Below, one piece after another: positions 32,128-41,117 of a stretch of 64,000 nucleotides of DNA. The position numbers and the translations under genes were made by a program. Under the pieces are notes generated by a model. It searched no databases. It was not told where the DNA came from and worked only from the letters and a program-made list of their open reading frames with translations. Source of the DNA: an uncultured Gemmatimonadaceae bacterium. Lineage in GTDB: Bacteria > Gemmatimonadota > Gemmatimonadetes > Gemmatimonadales > Gemmatimonadaceae. Where the stretch lies: NCBI GenBank assembly GCA_963751275.1, contig CAVVTZ010000005.1, positions 32,001 to 96,000 on the forward strand. Direction: 5' to 3'. The number at the start of each line of letters is the position of its first letter. Within the stretch, counting starts at the first letter, position 1.

Positions 32128-34059
32128 TACCGGAGATCCTCGATCGCGCGGCCCGACACGTCAGGCCAGTCCCACACGACCTTCTCCTCGTCGAGGAAGA
32201 AGCTGTCGGCCTCGCGGCCATCGATCACGCGCGCCGGCGCGGGCGCGAAGCCGCCGCCCTCGAGCTCCTTCCGCGCGAACGACGCGTTGAGCGGCACGCC
32301 CACGACGCCGGCCGCCTTCACGAGGCGGTCCACCGTGGCCGCGAGCTCATCGACGTTGGCCACCGCGCGCGCCGAGAGGAAATCGACGAGCACGCGGTCG
32401 GCGTGCTGCCCCGACGCGGCGAGCATGCGCGCATAGAGCTTCTCGCGCAGCGAATGGTCGGGCGGCTGGATCTCGACCACGAGCCCGCCCTCGAAGCGCG
32501 AGCGCAGCCGGTCCTCGAGGCGCTCGATCTGCCGCGGCGCGCGGTCGGCGCCGAGCACGATCTGCTTGCCGGCCGAGTAGAGGCTGTTGAAGACGTGGAA
32601 CAGTTCCTCCTGCGTGCGCTCGCCCGTGGCGCAGAGCTGCACGTCGTCGATCAAGAGCGCATCCACGAGGCGGTAGCGCGCGCGCCACCGCTCGATGGTG
32701 CCTTCCTGCAGCGCGGCGATCAGCTCGTCGATGAACTGCTGCGCGTTCACGCACGCGACCGGCCGCGCGCCGCCGCCCGCCGCGATCATCTCGTTCGCGA
32801 GCGCGTGCAGCAGATGCGTGACGCCCACGCCGGGCGGCCCGTACAGGAAGAGCGGATTGTACTTCCGCCCGGGTTCGAGCACGACCGTGTCCGCCGCGTG
32901 CACCGCGAGCTGGTTGGAGGGCCCCACCTCGAACGTCGCGCGCGTGAGGTCCGGATCGGGTCCCGGCGGCGGCTCGGCGCCCCCCATCTGCCGCGCGACC
33001 AGCAGCTCCGCCTCGCCCACGCGCTCGGGATCCTTGAACACCTCCGACTCCGCGAGCACCGGATCGAACCGCATCGCCTCCTGTTCGAGTGCGCGCAGCC
33101 GCGCGATCGACGCTTCGTAGCCCTGCAGCAGCGCGTCGACGTCGGGCTCCTCCGTCTGCTCGAGCGTGCGCTCGAGGAGCGTCGTGCCGTAACCCAGCTG
33201 GTGCCAGTACGTCATCGCCTCCACCACGCGCACGCGCCAGGTGTCGATGTGCTGCGCCACCACGTCGCTGAGGTCGGAGAGGAAGCTCGCGAACTCCTGG
33301 CCGCGCGCCGGCGCCTGCGCCATCACCGGGGCCGGCATCGGGCTTCTCACCGAGCAGCTCGCGCACGTTCCGCACCGTCACCTCGGCCTCGCCCAGCGTC
33401 TGGCAGGCGATGAGGCGGTTGAGCGCGCCCTGCAGCTCGCGCACGTTGGAGAAGTTCATGCGCGCCACTTCGTCGAGCACGCCAGGCTCGAACGCCGCCT
33501 GGCGCTCCTCGCACTTCGCGCGCAGGATCGCGACGCGCGTCTCGTAGTCGGGCAGCCCGACATCCACGACCAGGCCGCCGGCGAAGCGCGAGATGAGCCG
33601 CTCGTCGAGGTCCGCGATCTCGTTCGGCGGCCGGTCGCTCGTGAGGATGATCTGCTTCCCCGCGCGCTGCAGCGCGTTGAAGAGGCGCAGCATCTCGCTC
33701 TGCGTCTCGCGCCGGCCGGCGAGGAACTGCACGTCATCCAGCAGCAGGATGTCCACGTCCTGGAAGCGCTGCTTGTAGTTCTCGATCGTGCCCGACGACA
33801 CGGCGGCCGTGAGCTCCTCGACGAACTCGTCGAGCGTGATGTACAGCGAGCGCAGGCTGGGCTGCAGCTGGATCGCCAGGTGGCCCACGGCGATCATGAG
33901 GTGCGTCTTGCCGAGCCCCGAGCTGCTGTAGATGAAGAGCGGGTTGTACGCCGTGCCGGGCGCCTGGGCCACGGCCTTCGCGGCGGAGACCGCGAGACGA
34001 TTGGCCGACCCGACGATGTAGTTCTCGAAGCGATAGCGCGGATCGAGCTCCACCGTCAC
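32127..34059 (-). CDS. Tandem DnaA/Hda-family AAA+ protein lacking DnaA domains I and IV (one frameshift near 33340)
   Basis: Repeat 1: YRFENYIVGSANRLA, YNPLFIYSSSGLGKTHL, LLLDDVQF, RLISRF, NVRELQGAL. Repeat 2: FEVGPSNQLA, YNPLFLYGPPGVGVTHL, LLIDDVQL, RLRSRFEGGL. Confidence 0.85.
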
Positions 34060-34665
34060 CGGCTCCCCGCGGGCGCCGCGGCGCTCAGCCGCCGCAGGAC
34101 GAGCTCGCGCGATGCCGCGCAGCGTCTCGAACACGCCCGCGCCGTGCAGCGCGTCCGCCGCGAAGGACGGCACGCCGCGAAAATTCAGCGCGTCCTCCAG
34201 CGCGGGCACGCCGAGGATCATCTCCGACGGCAGGTCCTGCTTGTTGTACTGGATCACGAGCGGCATGGTGCGCACGTCGATGCCGTGCTCGGCCGCGTTC
34301 GTGTGCAGGTCCTGCATGCTCTCGATGTTCTCCTGCAGCTGGCGCGCCTGGCTGTCGGCCACGAACACCACGCCGTCGGCGCCCTGCAGCACGAGCTTCC
34401 GGGTGGTGTGGTAGTACACCTGGCCCGGCACCGTGTAGAGCTGGAAGCGCGTGGTGAATCCGGAGATCATCCCGAGATCGAGCGGCAGGAAGTCGAAGAA
34501 GAGCGTGCGGTCGGTCTGCGTGGCGAGCGAGACCATCTTCCCTTTCCGGTCGCGCGGCACCTGCTCGTAAATGTAATGCAGGTTCGTCGTCTTCCCCGAA
34601 CGGCCGGGGCCGTAGTAGACGATCTTGCAGGTGATCTCGCGGGTGGCGTAGTTGACGAGGGACAC
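34056..34665 (-). CDS. mglA: MglA-family Ras-like small GTPase (frameshift near 34110)
   Basis: KIVYYGPGRSGKTTNL, RTLFFDF, YTVPGQVYY, GADGVVFVADS, NKQD. Confidence 0.93.
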
Positions 34666-34672
34666 GGCGCGC

Positions 34673-35188
34673 TCAGGAAGTCGGGGGGACGATCGCGTCC
34701 CCGTTGGCGGCGCCGGCGGGCACGCGGCCGAAGAGCGCCGCGAGACTCCGCGCGAGATCCTGCTCGAGGCTCGCGGCCGCGAGCGGCGGTCCGTCGGCGC
34801 GCGGCGGCACCACCGTGGCGAGGCGCGCCGAGAGCGTGCCGAAGAACACGCGCACCAGGCCGAGTGAACTCTCGTCGCCGAACGCCGTCAGAAGGATGAA
34901 CGCGTCGCGCGCCGTGCGCACCTCGCCGATGAACACGTGGCGGTCGCGGCCGGCATGATAGAGCTCGCGGAAGGGCTTCCCGTCGAGTTCGCGGCCGAGC
35001 TGGCCGGCCGACGCATGGATGCCGGCGGCGAGCGCGCACGCCGCCATCACATCCACCGCGCGCGTGAAACCGAACTGGCCCAGCACCTGGCCGCTCGGGT
35101 GCAGCAGCAGCGCGAAGAGCACGCGCGCGTCGTCCACGAACTCCTGGAGCGGCGCCTCCACCCAGGCTTCGGCGACGTGGGTCTTCAC
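34673..35188 (-). CDS. Divergent roadblock/LC7 protein, MglB-like
   Basis: ALLLHPSGQVLGQFG, ALAAGIHASAGQLG, FRELYHAG, FGDESSLGLVR. Immediately upstream of mglA. Confidence 0.75.
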   Translation of the reverse strand: MKTHVAEAWVEAPLQEFVDDARVLFALLLHPSGQVLGQFGFTRAVDVMAACALAAGIHASAGQLGRELDGKPFRELYHAGRDRHVFIGEVRTARDAFILLTAFGDESSLGLVRVFFGTLSARLATVVPPRADGPPLAAASLEQDLARSLAALFGRVPAGAANGDAIVPPTS

Positions 35189-35532
35189 GTGAGCGACTCC
35201 ACGCTCTGGAGCATCGCGCCGCGGATGAGCCCGATGTGCGCGCGCGGCTCGGCGAGCGTGATGATCACGAGTCCCTCGCGGCCGACCACGCACACGTGGC
35301 CGTCGGTGGCCTCCAGCTGGAGGAAGGTCACCTGCCCCAACCCCGCCGCCTGCGACGACAGGCGCGCGCGCCGGTAGAGCGCGGCCGCGAGCGCCGCGAC
35401 GACGCTCTCCGGCACCCCCACCTGGACGTTCGAATCCACGATGATCCCGTCGCGCTCGCCCACCACGAGGCAACCCAGCACGCCGCGCTGGCGGATGAGC
35501 GTCGCGAGGAGATCCTCGAACGGGGAGCTCAT
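35185..35532 (-). CDS. Roadblock/LC7 domain protein (MglC-like)
   Basis: GVLGCLVVGERDGIIV, VAALAAAL, LEATDGHV, IGLIR; 115 aa. Confidence 0.85.
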   Translation of the reverse strand: MSSPFEDLLATLIRQRGVLGCLVVGERDGIIVDSNVQVGVPESVVAALAAALYRRARLSSQAAGLGQVTFLQLEATDGHVCVVGREGLVIITLAEPRAHIGLIRGAMLQSVESLT

Positions 35533-36374
35533 CCGACCTCCGACAGCCACATCGTGGCGCGGCGCACGCAGCGGTCGAGCACGCGCCGCACGAATCCGAG
35601 CGGCATCGCGTGCGATGCCGCGACGAGCACCATCGAGTCGTCGAGCGCCGGCGCGATCGCGACCACGGCGACATCGGTCTCGTACAGGACGAGCTTCCAC
35701 TCGCCGAGATCGAGATGGCGCACGGTGCGCTGCGCATCATCGCGCACGCCGGAGAGCTGCGCGCCCACCTCCTGCGCGACGTCCTCGCCGGTGGCGCTCA
35801 CGTAGGCGCCCGCGGTCACGAGGCCATCGGAGTTGAGCAGGAGCGCCGTCTGCTCGCCGTCGCCCAGGATGTCGGCGAACAGGAAGTGCGCTTCCTCCTC
35901 TACGCGACGCTGCGCCGCCTCGAGCTCGGCGGGCCCCGGTTCGCTCGCGCCGTTGCCCGCGAGCCGCGCGTAGCGCAGCAGGCGGCGCACCATGCGCAGC
36001 GCCGTCGAGATCGACGCGTCGGAGCGGTCGCCCGACGCCGCGGCGCTGAGGTGGTCCTCCGCCTCCTCGAGTTTCCCCTGCTTGTACAGGACGTAGCCCA
36101 TGCCCTTGCGCGCGCCGACGTGGTTCGGCGCGAGGCGCAGCACCATGTCCCACTCGTCGAACGCCTGCTCGAGCTCGTTGCGGTCCACGCAGATGCGCGC
36201 GAGCAGATCGTGCGCGTCGGCGTTGTGCGCATGGCGCTCGAGGCCGCGCGTCGCGACGCGCAGCGCGAGATCGAGCTGCCCGCCCTTCCGCAGCGCTTCG
36301 CCGAGCTGCAGGAAGACCAGGCTCGACGGGTCGCGGGCGAGTTCGTCGCTGAGGCGGCGGATCTCGTCAGACAT
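35529..36374 (-). CDS. TPR + roadblock/LC7 fusion protein
   Basis: N-terminal TPRs (DPSSLVFLQLGEALRK..., LAPNHVGARKGMG) and C-terminal ALLLNSDGLV...MPLGFVRR roadblock pattern. Confidence 0.75.
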   Translation of the reverse strand: MSDEIRRLSDELARDPSSLVFLQLGEALRKGGQLDLALRVATRGLERHAHNADAHDLLARICVDRNELEQAFDEWDMVLRLAPNHVGARKGMGYVLYKQGKLEEAEDHLSAAASGDRSDASISTALRMVRRLLRYARLAGNGASEPGPAELEAAQRRVEEEAHFLFADILGDGEQTALLLNSDGLVTAGAYVSATGEDVAQEVGAQLSGVRDDAQRTVRHLDLGEWKLVLYETDVAVVAIAPALDDSMVLVAASHAMPLGFVRRVLDRCVRRATMWLSEVG

Positions 36375-37773
36375 CGCCGAGCTCCTTCATCGCATTCCGC
36401 AGTCGCGCGGCCGCATCGGCCACGGCACGCACGTGCGAGGTGTCGGGGGCATCCGGCGCGAGGCGCTGGTAGCGCTCCCAGCCGGCGACGGCGTCCGCGA
36501 GATCGCCGCGCGACGCGGCGCAGGCGCCCAGCAGCAGGTACAGCGCGGGATTGAGCGCGTCGCGCTCGAGCGCCGCGCTCACCGTCTCCAACGCATCGTC
36601 CACCTGCCCCCCCTTGAGCTGGGCCCGCGCGAGCACGATCCGCGCCTCGACGGAGCCGTTGCTCGCGGCGACAGCCGCGGTCGCGGCATGCACCGCCTCA
36701 TTGACGTGGCCATCGCGGAGCGCCGCGTGCGCGCGCTCGAGATGCGCCAACGCATCGTCGCCTTCGCGCGCGACGGTCTGCGTCATCCGGGTCGTGCGCG
36801 TCGCGCGCACGGGCCGCGGGGGCGGCGGCGGCGCGGACGGTGGCGCGGGCGGCGGCGCGGCCACCGGCTCGGCCGCCGGCGCGGCGTCGGGCGGCGTCAT
36901 CACCGACGCGCGATGCATCCCCGTGTGCTCGAGCGACGGCACGTGCAGCAGCGATCCGGGCAGCGACACGACGTCCGGCGCTTCGGCGGCGCGCGCGGGC
37001 GGCGTCGCGCGGCGCGGCGGCAGCGACGGCGGAGGCGGCGGCGTGCCCGTGCCCGGCCGCAGCTCGACGATCCCGGTGGTCACCAGCCCGTAGATCACGC
37101 GCGCCACGTCGAACTCGCTCATCGACGTCGAGTTCGAGATCTCGCGCAGATCGCGCGATCCGTCGATCTGCGCGAGCACTTCCCACTCCTTGGGCAGCAG
37201 GTCGAGCGCGCCGGCGTGATCGGTGTCCACGCTCGAGAGCACCGGGACCACGCCGAGGTGCGGCACCTTCCCTTCGATGAGCGACCACTCATCGATGCGG
37301 CGCGCGCCTTCCATGAGCAGCGACTCGGTGGAGATGCGGATGTCCGCCTCCACCGGCGCGTCCGTCACCTCGCCTTCCTCGAAGGAGAAGAAGCCTTCGC
37401 GCCACGACATCATCTCGAAGACCACTTCTTCCACCTGGATGCGCACCTGGCGCTCCAGCTCCTTGCGCGAGAGCGCGCCGGCCTCGACGAGGATCGCGCC
37501 GAGTTGCCGCTTGTCCCCCTCGCGCCGCTGCTGTTCGCGCATGCGCGTGAGATCGCCCTCGGTGATCTTGCCCGCGCGCAGCAGCAGTTCGCCCAACCGG
37601 TGCGGATTGCTGCGGATGGACGCCGAGAGCACGCCGCCCCGGTCGAAGTACACGGTACCCTGGTTGTCGCGCAGCACCGACGTGACGGTGAGCGTCCCGG
37701 TCTTCCGGCTCAGGTCCAGCAGCTGGAAGACATCGTGGATGCCGAGCTCGCGGAGCGGGCCTTCGATCGCCAT
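36367..37773 (-). CDS. DUF4388 + MshEN-like + Pro-rich linker + TPR protein
   Basis: GPLRELGIHDVFQLL..KTGTL, RLGELLLRAG, WREGFFSF, LLMEGARRIDEW, C-terminal TPRs. Confidence 0.85.
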   Translation of the reverse strand: MAIEGPLRELGIHDVFQLLDLSRKTGTLTVTSVLRDNQGTVYFDRGGVLSASIRSNPHRLGELLLRAGKITEGDLTRMREQQRREGDKRQLGAILVEAGALSRKELERQVRIQVEEVVFEMMSWREGFFSFEEGEVTDAPVEADIRISTESLLMEGARRIDEWSLIEGKVPHLGVVPVLSSVDTDHAGALDLLPKEWEVLAQIDGSRDLREISNSTSMSEFDVARVIYGLVTTGIVELRPGTGTPPPPPSLPPRRATPPARAAEAPDVVSLPGSLLHVPSLEHTGMHRASVMTPPDAAPAAEPVAAPPPAPPSAPPPPPRPVRATRTTRMTQTVAREGDDALAHLERAHAALRDGHVNEAVHAATAAVAASNGSVEARIVLARAQLKGGQVDDALETVSAALERDALNPALYLLLGACAASRGDLADAVAGWERYQRLAPDAPDTSHVRAVADAAARLRNAMKELGDV

Positions 37774-40490
37774 CAGCTGGCCTCCTGGCGATGCCGGAAG
37801 ATCCGGAGCAGGTCGGACGCCGTGCGCATCTCGCGCCGCGCGTTCTTGCCGAACTCGCCGTCGGGCTCGAGCTCCACGACGCGTTCCCATTCGCCGATCG
37901 CTTCGCGATAGCGGTGCTGGTCGGCCAGCAGCACGCCATGCAGGAAGAGCGCGCCCACGTGCCGCGGGTCGAAGCGCAGCACGCGCTCGATGGAGATGGC
38001 GGCGTCGCGCGGCCGGTCCAGCTCCAGCAGCGTCTCGGCGAGCACGAGCAGCGCCTCCACGTTGTACGGGTCGCGGCGCAGCAGGTCCACGAGCGGCGAG
38101 AGCGCGTCCTTCGCGCGGCCGAAGCGCCGGCGCACCTGCGCGAGCGCGAGGGTCGCCTCGACGTACGTGGGCACCGCGTCCAGCGCCGCGAGCAGTTCGG
38201 TCTCGGCGCCGGTCGCATCGTCCCGCTCGGCGAGCAGCCGGCCGAGTTCGTAGTGCACCACGGCGACGTCCGGATCGAGATCGAGCGCGTTCTTGTACGC
38301 CGCGATCGCCCCCTCCACGTCGCCGGCGGCGCGCGCCACATTGCCGAACTGGCGCAGCACATCGGCGCGCGCCGGCGCCAGCCGCCGCGCGTTCTTGAGC
38401 AGCTCGCGCGCCGCCGCCGGATCGCCCGCGTCGGCGCGCGCGCTGGCCACCAACAGGATCGATTCGACGGTGGATGGATCCGCGAGCAGCAGTTCCTCCG
38501 CCACCGCGCGCGCCTGCTCGGAGCGTCCCAGCAGCAGCAGCGCCCGCGTCTCGCCCGCGAGCGCGCGCGGCGCGTTGGCCGTGACGCTCCGCGCGTTCTT
38601 GTACCGCTCGAGCGCCTCGCCGTGCAGCCCCTGCCGGAGGAAGATGTCGCCGAGCAGGATCAGCCCTTCGCCGGTGTTCGCGCCGCGCACGAGCGCGCGG
38701 TTCACCTCGGCAGCCGCGCGGTCGAGCATCCCCTTCGAGAGATACTCCACCGCCATCGCGTACGCCGTCTCGAGCGGCGCGGCGGCGGTCTCCACCGGCG
38801 GCGGCGTGAGCGGCTTCAGCTCCGTGAACAGCGCATCGAGCCGCGCGGAGTCGAAGGCGAACGTCTCCACCGCCTGCTCCACGCGCTGCGCGTCGCCCAG
38901 CGCGGGGGCGATGGAGAGATCGGGATCCTCGTACTCGAGATCGATCGCGAGCTCGAACTTCTGGCGCACGTAGAACGGATCCAGCTCCAGCGCGCGGCGC
39001 GTGGCGCGCAGCGCCCCCTCGAAGTCGCCGAGGTTCGAGAGCGTGAAGCCGAGGTTGTAGTGCGCCTCGGCGTAGTTGGGCCGCGTGTGGATCGCGCGGC
39101 CGAAGGCGTTGCGCGCGTCCTCGTACTTCTTGAGCTCGGCGAGCACGAGGCCGATGCCGTTCCACGCCACCGGCTGCTCGGGATCCACCGTGAGTCCCTG
39201 GCGGTACGCCTCGAGCGCGAGCTGCAGCCGCTTCCCCTGGTAGAGCAGCAGCGCGAGGTTGAGCCACGCCTTCACGAAACCCGGATGCGCGGCGAGCGCG
39301 GCGCGGAACGCATTGATCGCGGCGTCGGTGTTGCCGCCGTGGTACTCGGCGACGCCGAGGTTGTTGTGCGCGATGGCGTACGCCCCGTCGAGCGCCAGGG
39401 CGCGACGGTAGCTCTCCGCGGCTTCGCGATGCCGGCCCTCCTGATGCAGCGCGACCCCGCGCTCGCACCAGAGCTTGGGGCTCTCACTCTCCTCTTCGAG
39501 CAGCCGGTCGTACAACTCGATCGCCGACTTCGGATCGCGCTTGAGCAGGTGTACTTCGGCCATCGCCTGCAGCACCAGCGCGCGGTCTTCCTCCCGCTCG
39601 AGGGCGAGCCGGTATTCCCGCAGCGCCTCGGCGTAGTAGCCCTTCTGCCGGAAGGCGAGGCCGAGGTTGTAGTGCGCGAGCCCGCCCTCCGCCGCGACCT
39701 CCATCTGCGACGAGCGCCGCTCGTGCCGCTGCGGTACGAGCTCCTCGTACTTCGCGGCGTTGTAGCGGTCGATCGACAGGTTCGCCTGCGCGCGCGAGAG
39801 CGAGGGGTTGAGCTGGATCGCGCGCTTCGTGGAGGCGCGCGCCTCCTCGTGGCGGCCGAGGTCGCCGAGGACGAAGCCGAGCAGGTAGTGCGCGTCCGAG
39901 TTGTCCGGGTTGATGTCGATCGAGCGGCGGAGCGCGACGAGCGCCTCCTCGTTCAGTCCGCGGTTGTAGAGCACCTCGCCGATGTAGAAGCTGATGAGCG
40001 GGCTCTTCGGCTCCAGCGCCAGCGCGCGCTCGAACCAGCGCTGCGCGTGCTCGAGATCGCCGCTCGCCTTCTCCGCGAGGCCGAGCTGCACGATCGCGCC
40101 GGCGTCATTGGGATGATGCTCGAGGATCGCGGTGAACTCGGCGACCGCCTCGGGCACGTCGCCGAGCGCGGCGTAGGCGCGTCCCAGCTCCCAGCGCGCG
40201 TCGCGGTCGTGCGGATGCGAGCGGAGCCGGTCGCGCAACTCGGCGACGCGCCGGTCGTAATAGCCGGTGTTGAAGTACGCGACCTCGAGATTGCGCTGCG
40301 CCACCTGCATCTTGGGGTCCAGCTCCAGCGCCTGCTCGAACGACGATACCGCTTCGGCGTACATCCCCTTGTTGTAATAGAGGACGCCGAGGTTGTTGTG
40401 CGCCCCCGCATCGGATGGATCGATGCGCCGCGCGAACGACCGCAGGATGTCACGGTCGCGCTGCGACACGGGGGACAAGGGGCTCGTCAC
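37773..40490 (-). CDS. Large cytoplasmic multi-TPR protein (905 aa)
   Basis: Repeated AHNNLGV / AHYNLG / AWNGIG ... ALELDP TPR units over nearly the whole length. No signal peptide. Confidence 0.9.
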   Translation of the reverse strand: MTSPLSPVSQRDRDILRSFARRIDPSDAGAHNNLGVLYYNKGMYAEAVSSFEQALELDPKMQVAQRNLEVAYFNTGYYDRRVAELRDRLRSHPHDRDARWELGRAYAALGDVPEAVAEFTAILEHHPNDAGAIVQLGLAEKASGDLEHAQRWFERALALEPKSPLISFYIGEVLYNRGLNEEALVALRRSIDINPDNSDAHYLLGFVLGDLGRHEEARASTKRAIQLNPSLSRAQANLSIDRYNAAKYEELVPQRHERRSSQMEVAAEGGLAHYNLGLAFRQKGYYAEALREYRLALEREEDRALVLQAMAEVHLLKRDPKSAIELYDRLLEEESESPKLWCERGVALHQEGRHREAAESYRRALALDGAYAIAHNNLGVAEYHGGNTDAAINAFRAALAAHPGFVKAWLNLALLLYQGKRLQLALEAYRQGLTVDPEQPVAWNGIGLVLAELKKYEDARNAFGRAIHTRPNYAEAHYNLGFTLSNLGDFEGALRATRRALELDPFYVRQKFELAIDLEYEDPDLSIAPALGDAQRVEQAVETFAFDSARLDALFTELKPLTPPPVETAAAPLETAYAMAVEYLSKGMLDRAAAEVNRALVRGANTGEGLILLGDIFLRQGLHGEALERYKNARSVTANAPRALAGETRALLLLGRSEQARAVAEELLLADPSTVESILLVASARADAGDPAAARELLKNARRLAPARADVLRQFGNVARAAGDVEGAIAAYKNALDLDPDVAVVHYELGRLLAERDDATGAETELLAALDAVPTYVEATLALAQVRRRFGRAKDALSPLVDLLRRDPYNVEALLVLAETLLELDRPRDAAISIERVLRFDPRHVGALFLHGVLLADQHRYREAIGEWERVVELEPDGEFGKNARREMRTASDLLRIFRHRQEAS

Positions 40491-41107
40491 GCGATCCGGA
40501 TGGCGCGCAGGATCACGCGCAGCGAAGCGAAGTCCGGCAGCAGCAGGAAGAAGCCGCGCAGATGGTCCGCCTGGTCATCGAACAGGAACTGCGTCTCCAC
40601 CGCGAACACCGTGTCGCGGTCGGCGCCGAACTGCGCGTGCGCCGTCGTGAGCACCGCGGCCGACATGTCCACCACGAGACTCGGCGGCGAGGGCAGCAGC
40701 ATGAGACCCAGGAAATCGCTGAGCGCGTTGAGATACGCGCCGCTCAGGATGTTGCCGGCTTCCTTCAGCGCGCTCTGTTCGAGCTCGGCGAAGGGCGCGG
40801 ACGTGTCGCGCGGCCGCCGGAGCATCAGCTGGGCGAGGCGGATCGCCGTGCTGCGCGGGAAGACGAGCAGCGAGCGCCCCGTCAGGTCGCCGAGCATCTG
40901 CATCATCACGGCCGCGATCGGCTCCTCTTCATCCGCGATCTGCTGCGGCACGTCCTCGAGCGCCGCGATCGTGATGTGCGGCACCGAGATCATGATCCGG
41001 CTGTTGGTCATGAGCGAGAGCGCGGTGGCGGCGTGGCCGGCGCCGATGCTCGCCGTCTCGCGGAGCGCGTCGAGCTCCTTCGGCGTCAGGGAGAGAAGGT
41101 CGGACAT
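40487..41107 (-). CDS. cheC: CheC-family CheY-P phosphatase
   Basis: DALRETASIGAGHAATALS, SALKEAGNIL, YLNALSDFL, PSPPSLVVDM. Confidence 0.92.
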   Translation of the reverse strand: MSDLLSLTPKELDALRETASIGAGHAATALSLMTNSRIMISVPHITIAALEDVPQQIADEEEPIAAVMMQMLGDLTGRSLLVFPRSTAIRLAQLMLRRPRDTSAPFAELEQSALKEAGNILSGAYLNALSDFLGLMLLPSPPSLVVDMSAAVLTTAHAQFGADRDTVFAVETQFLFDDQADHLRGFFLLLPDFASLRVILRAIRIA

Positions 41108-41117
41108 GCGCGCTCCG

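Noticed and set aside
32127..34059. Calling this gene the chromosomal dnaA and the region oriC
   Set aside because: No domain I or IV, no dnaN/recF/gyrB neighbours, and no adjacent intergenic DnaA-box region.
32347..34665. Apparent 772-aa MglA-DnaA fusion ORF in the six-frame track
   Set aside because: A single extra base near 34110 shifts MglA out of its natural last helix (ELVLRRL), which ends at TGA 34056-34058 overlapping the GTG start of the DnaA-like gene. This is the operon's usual coupling pattern, so the fusion is most likely an indel artefact. Read polishing would settle it.
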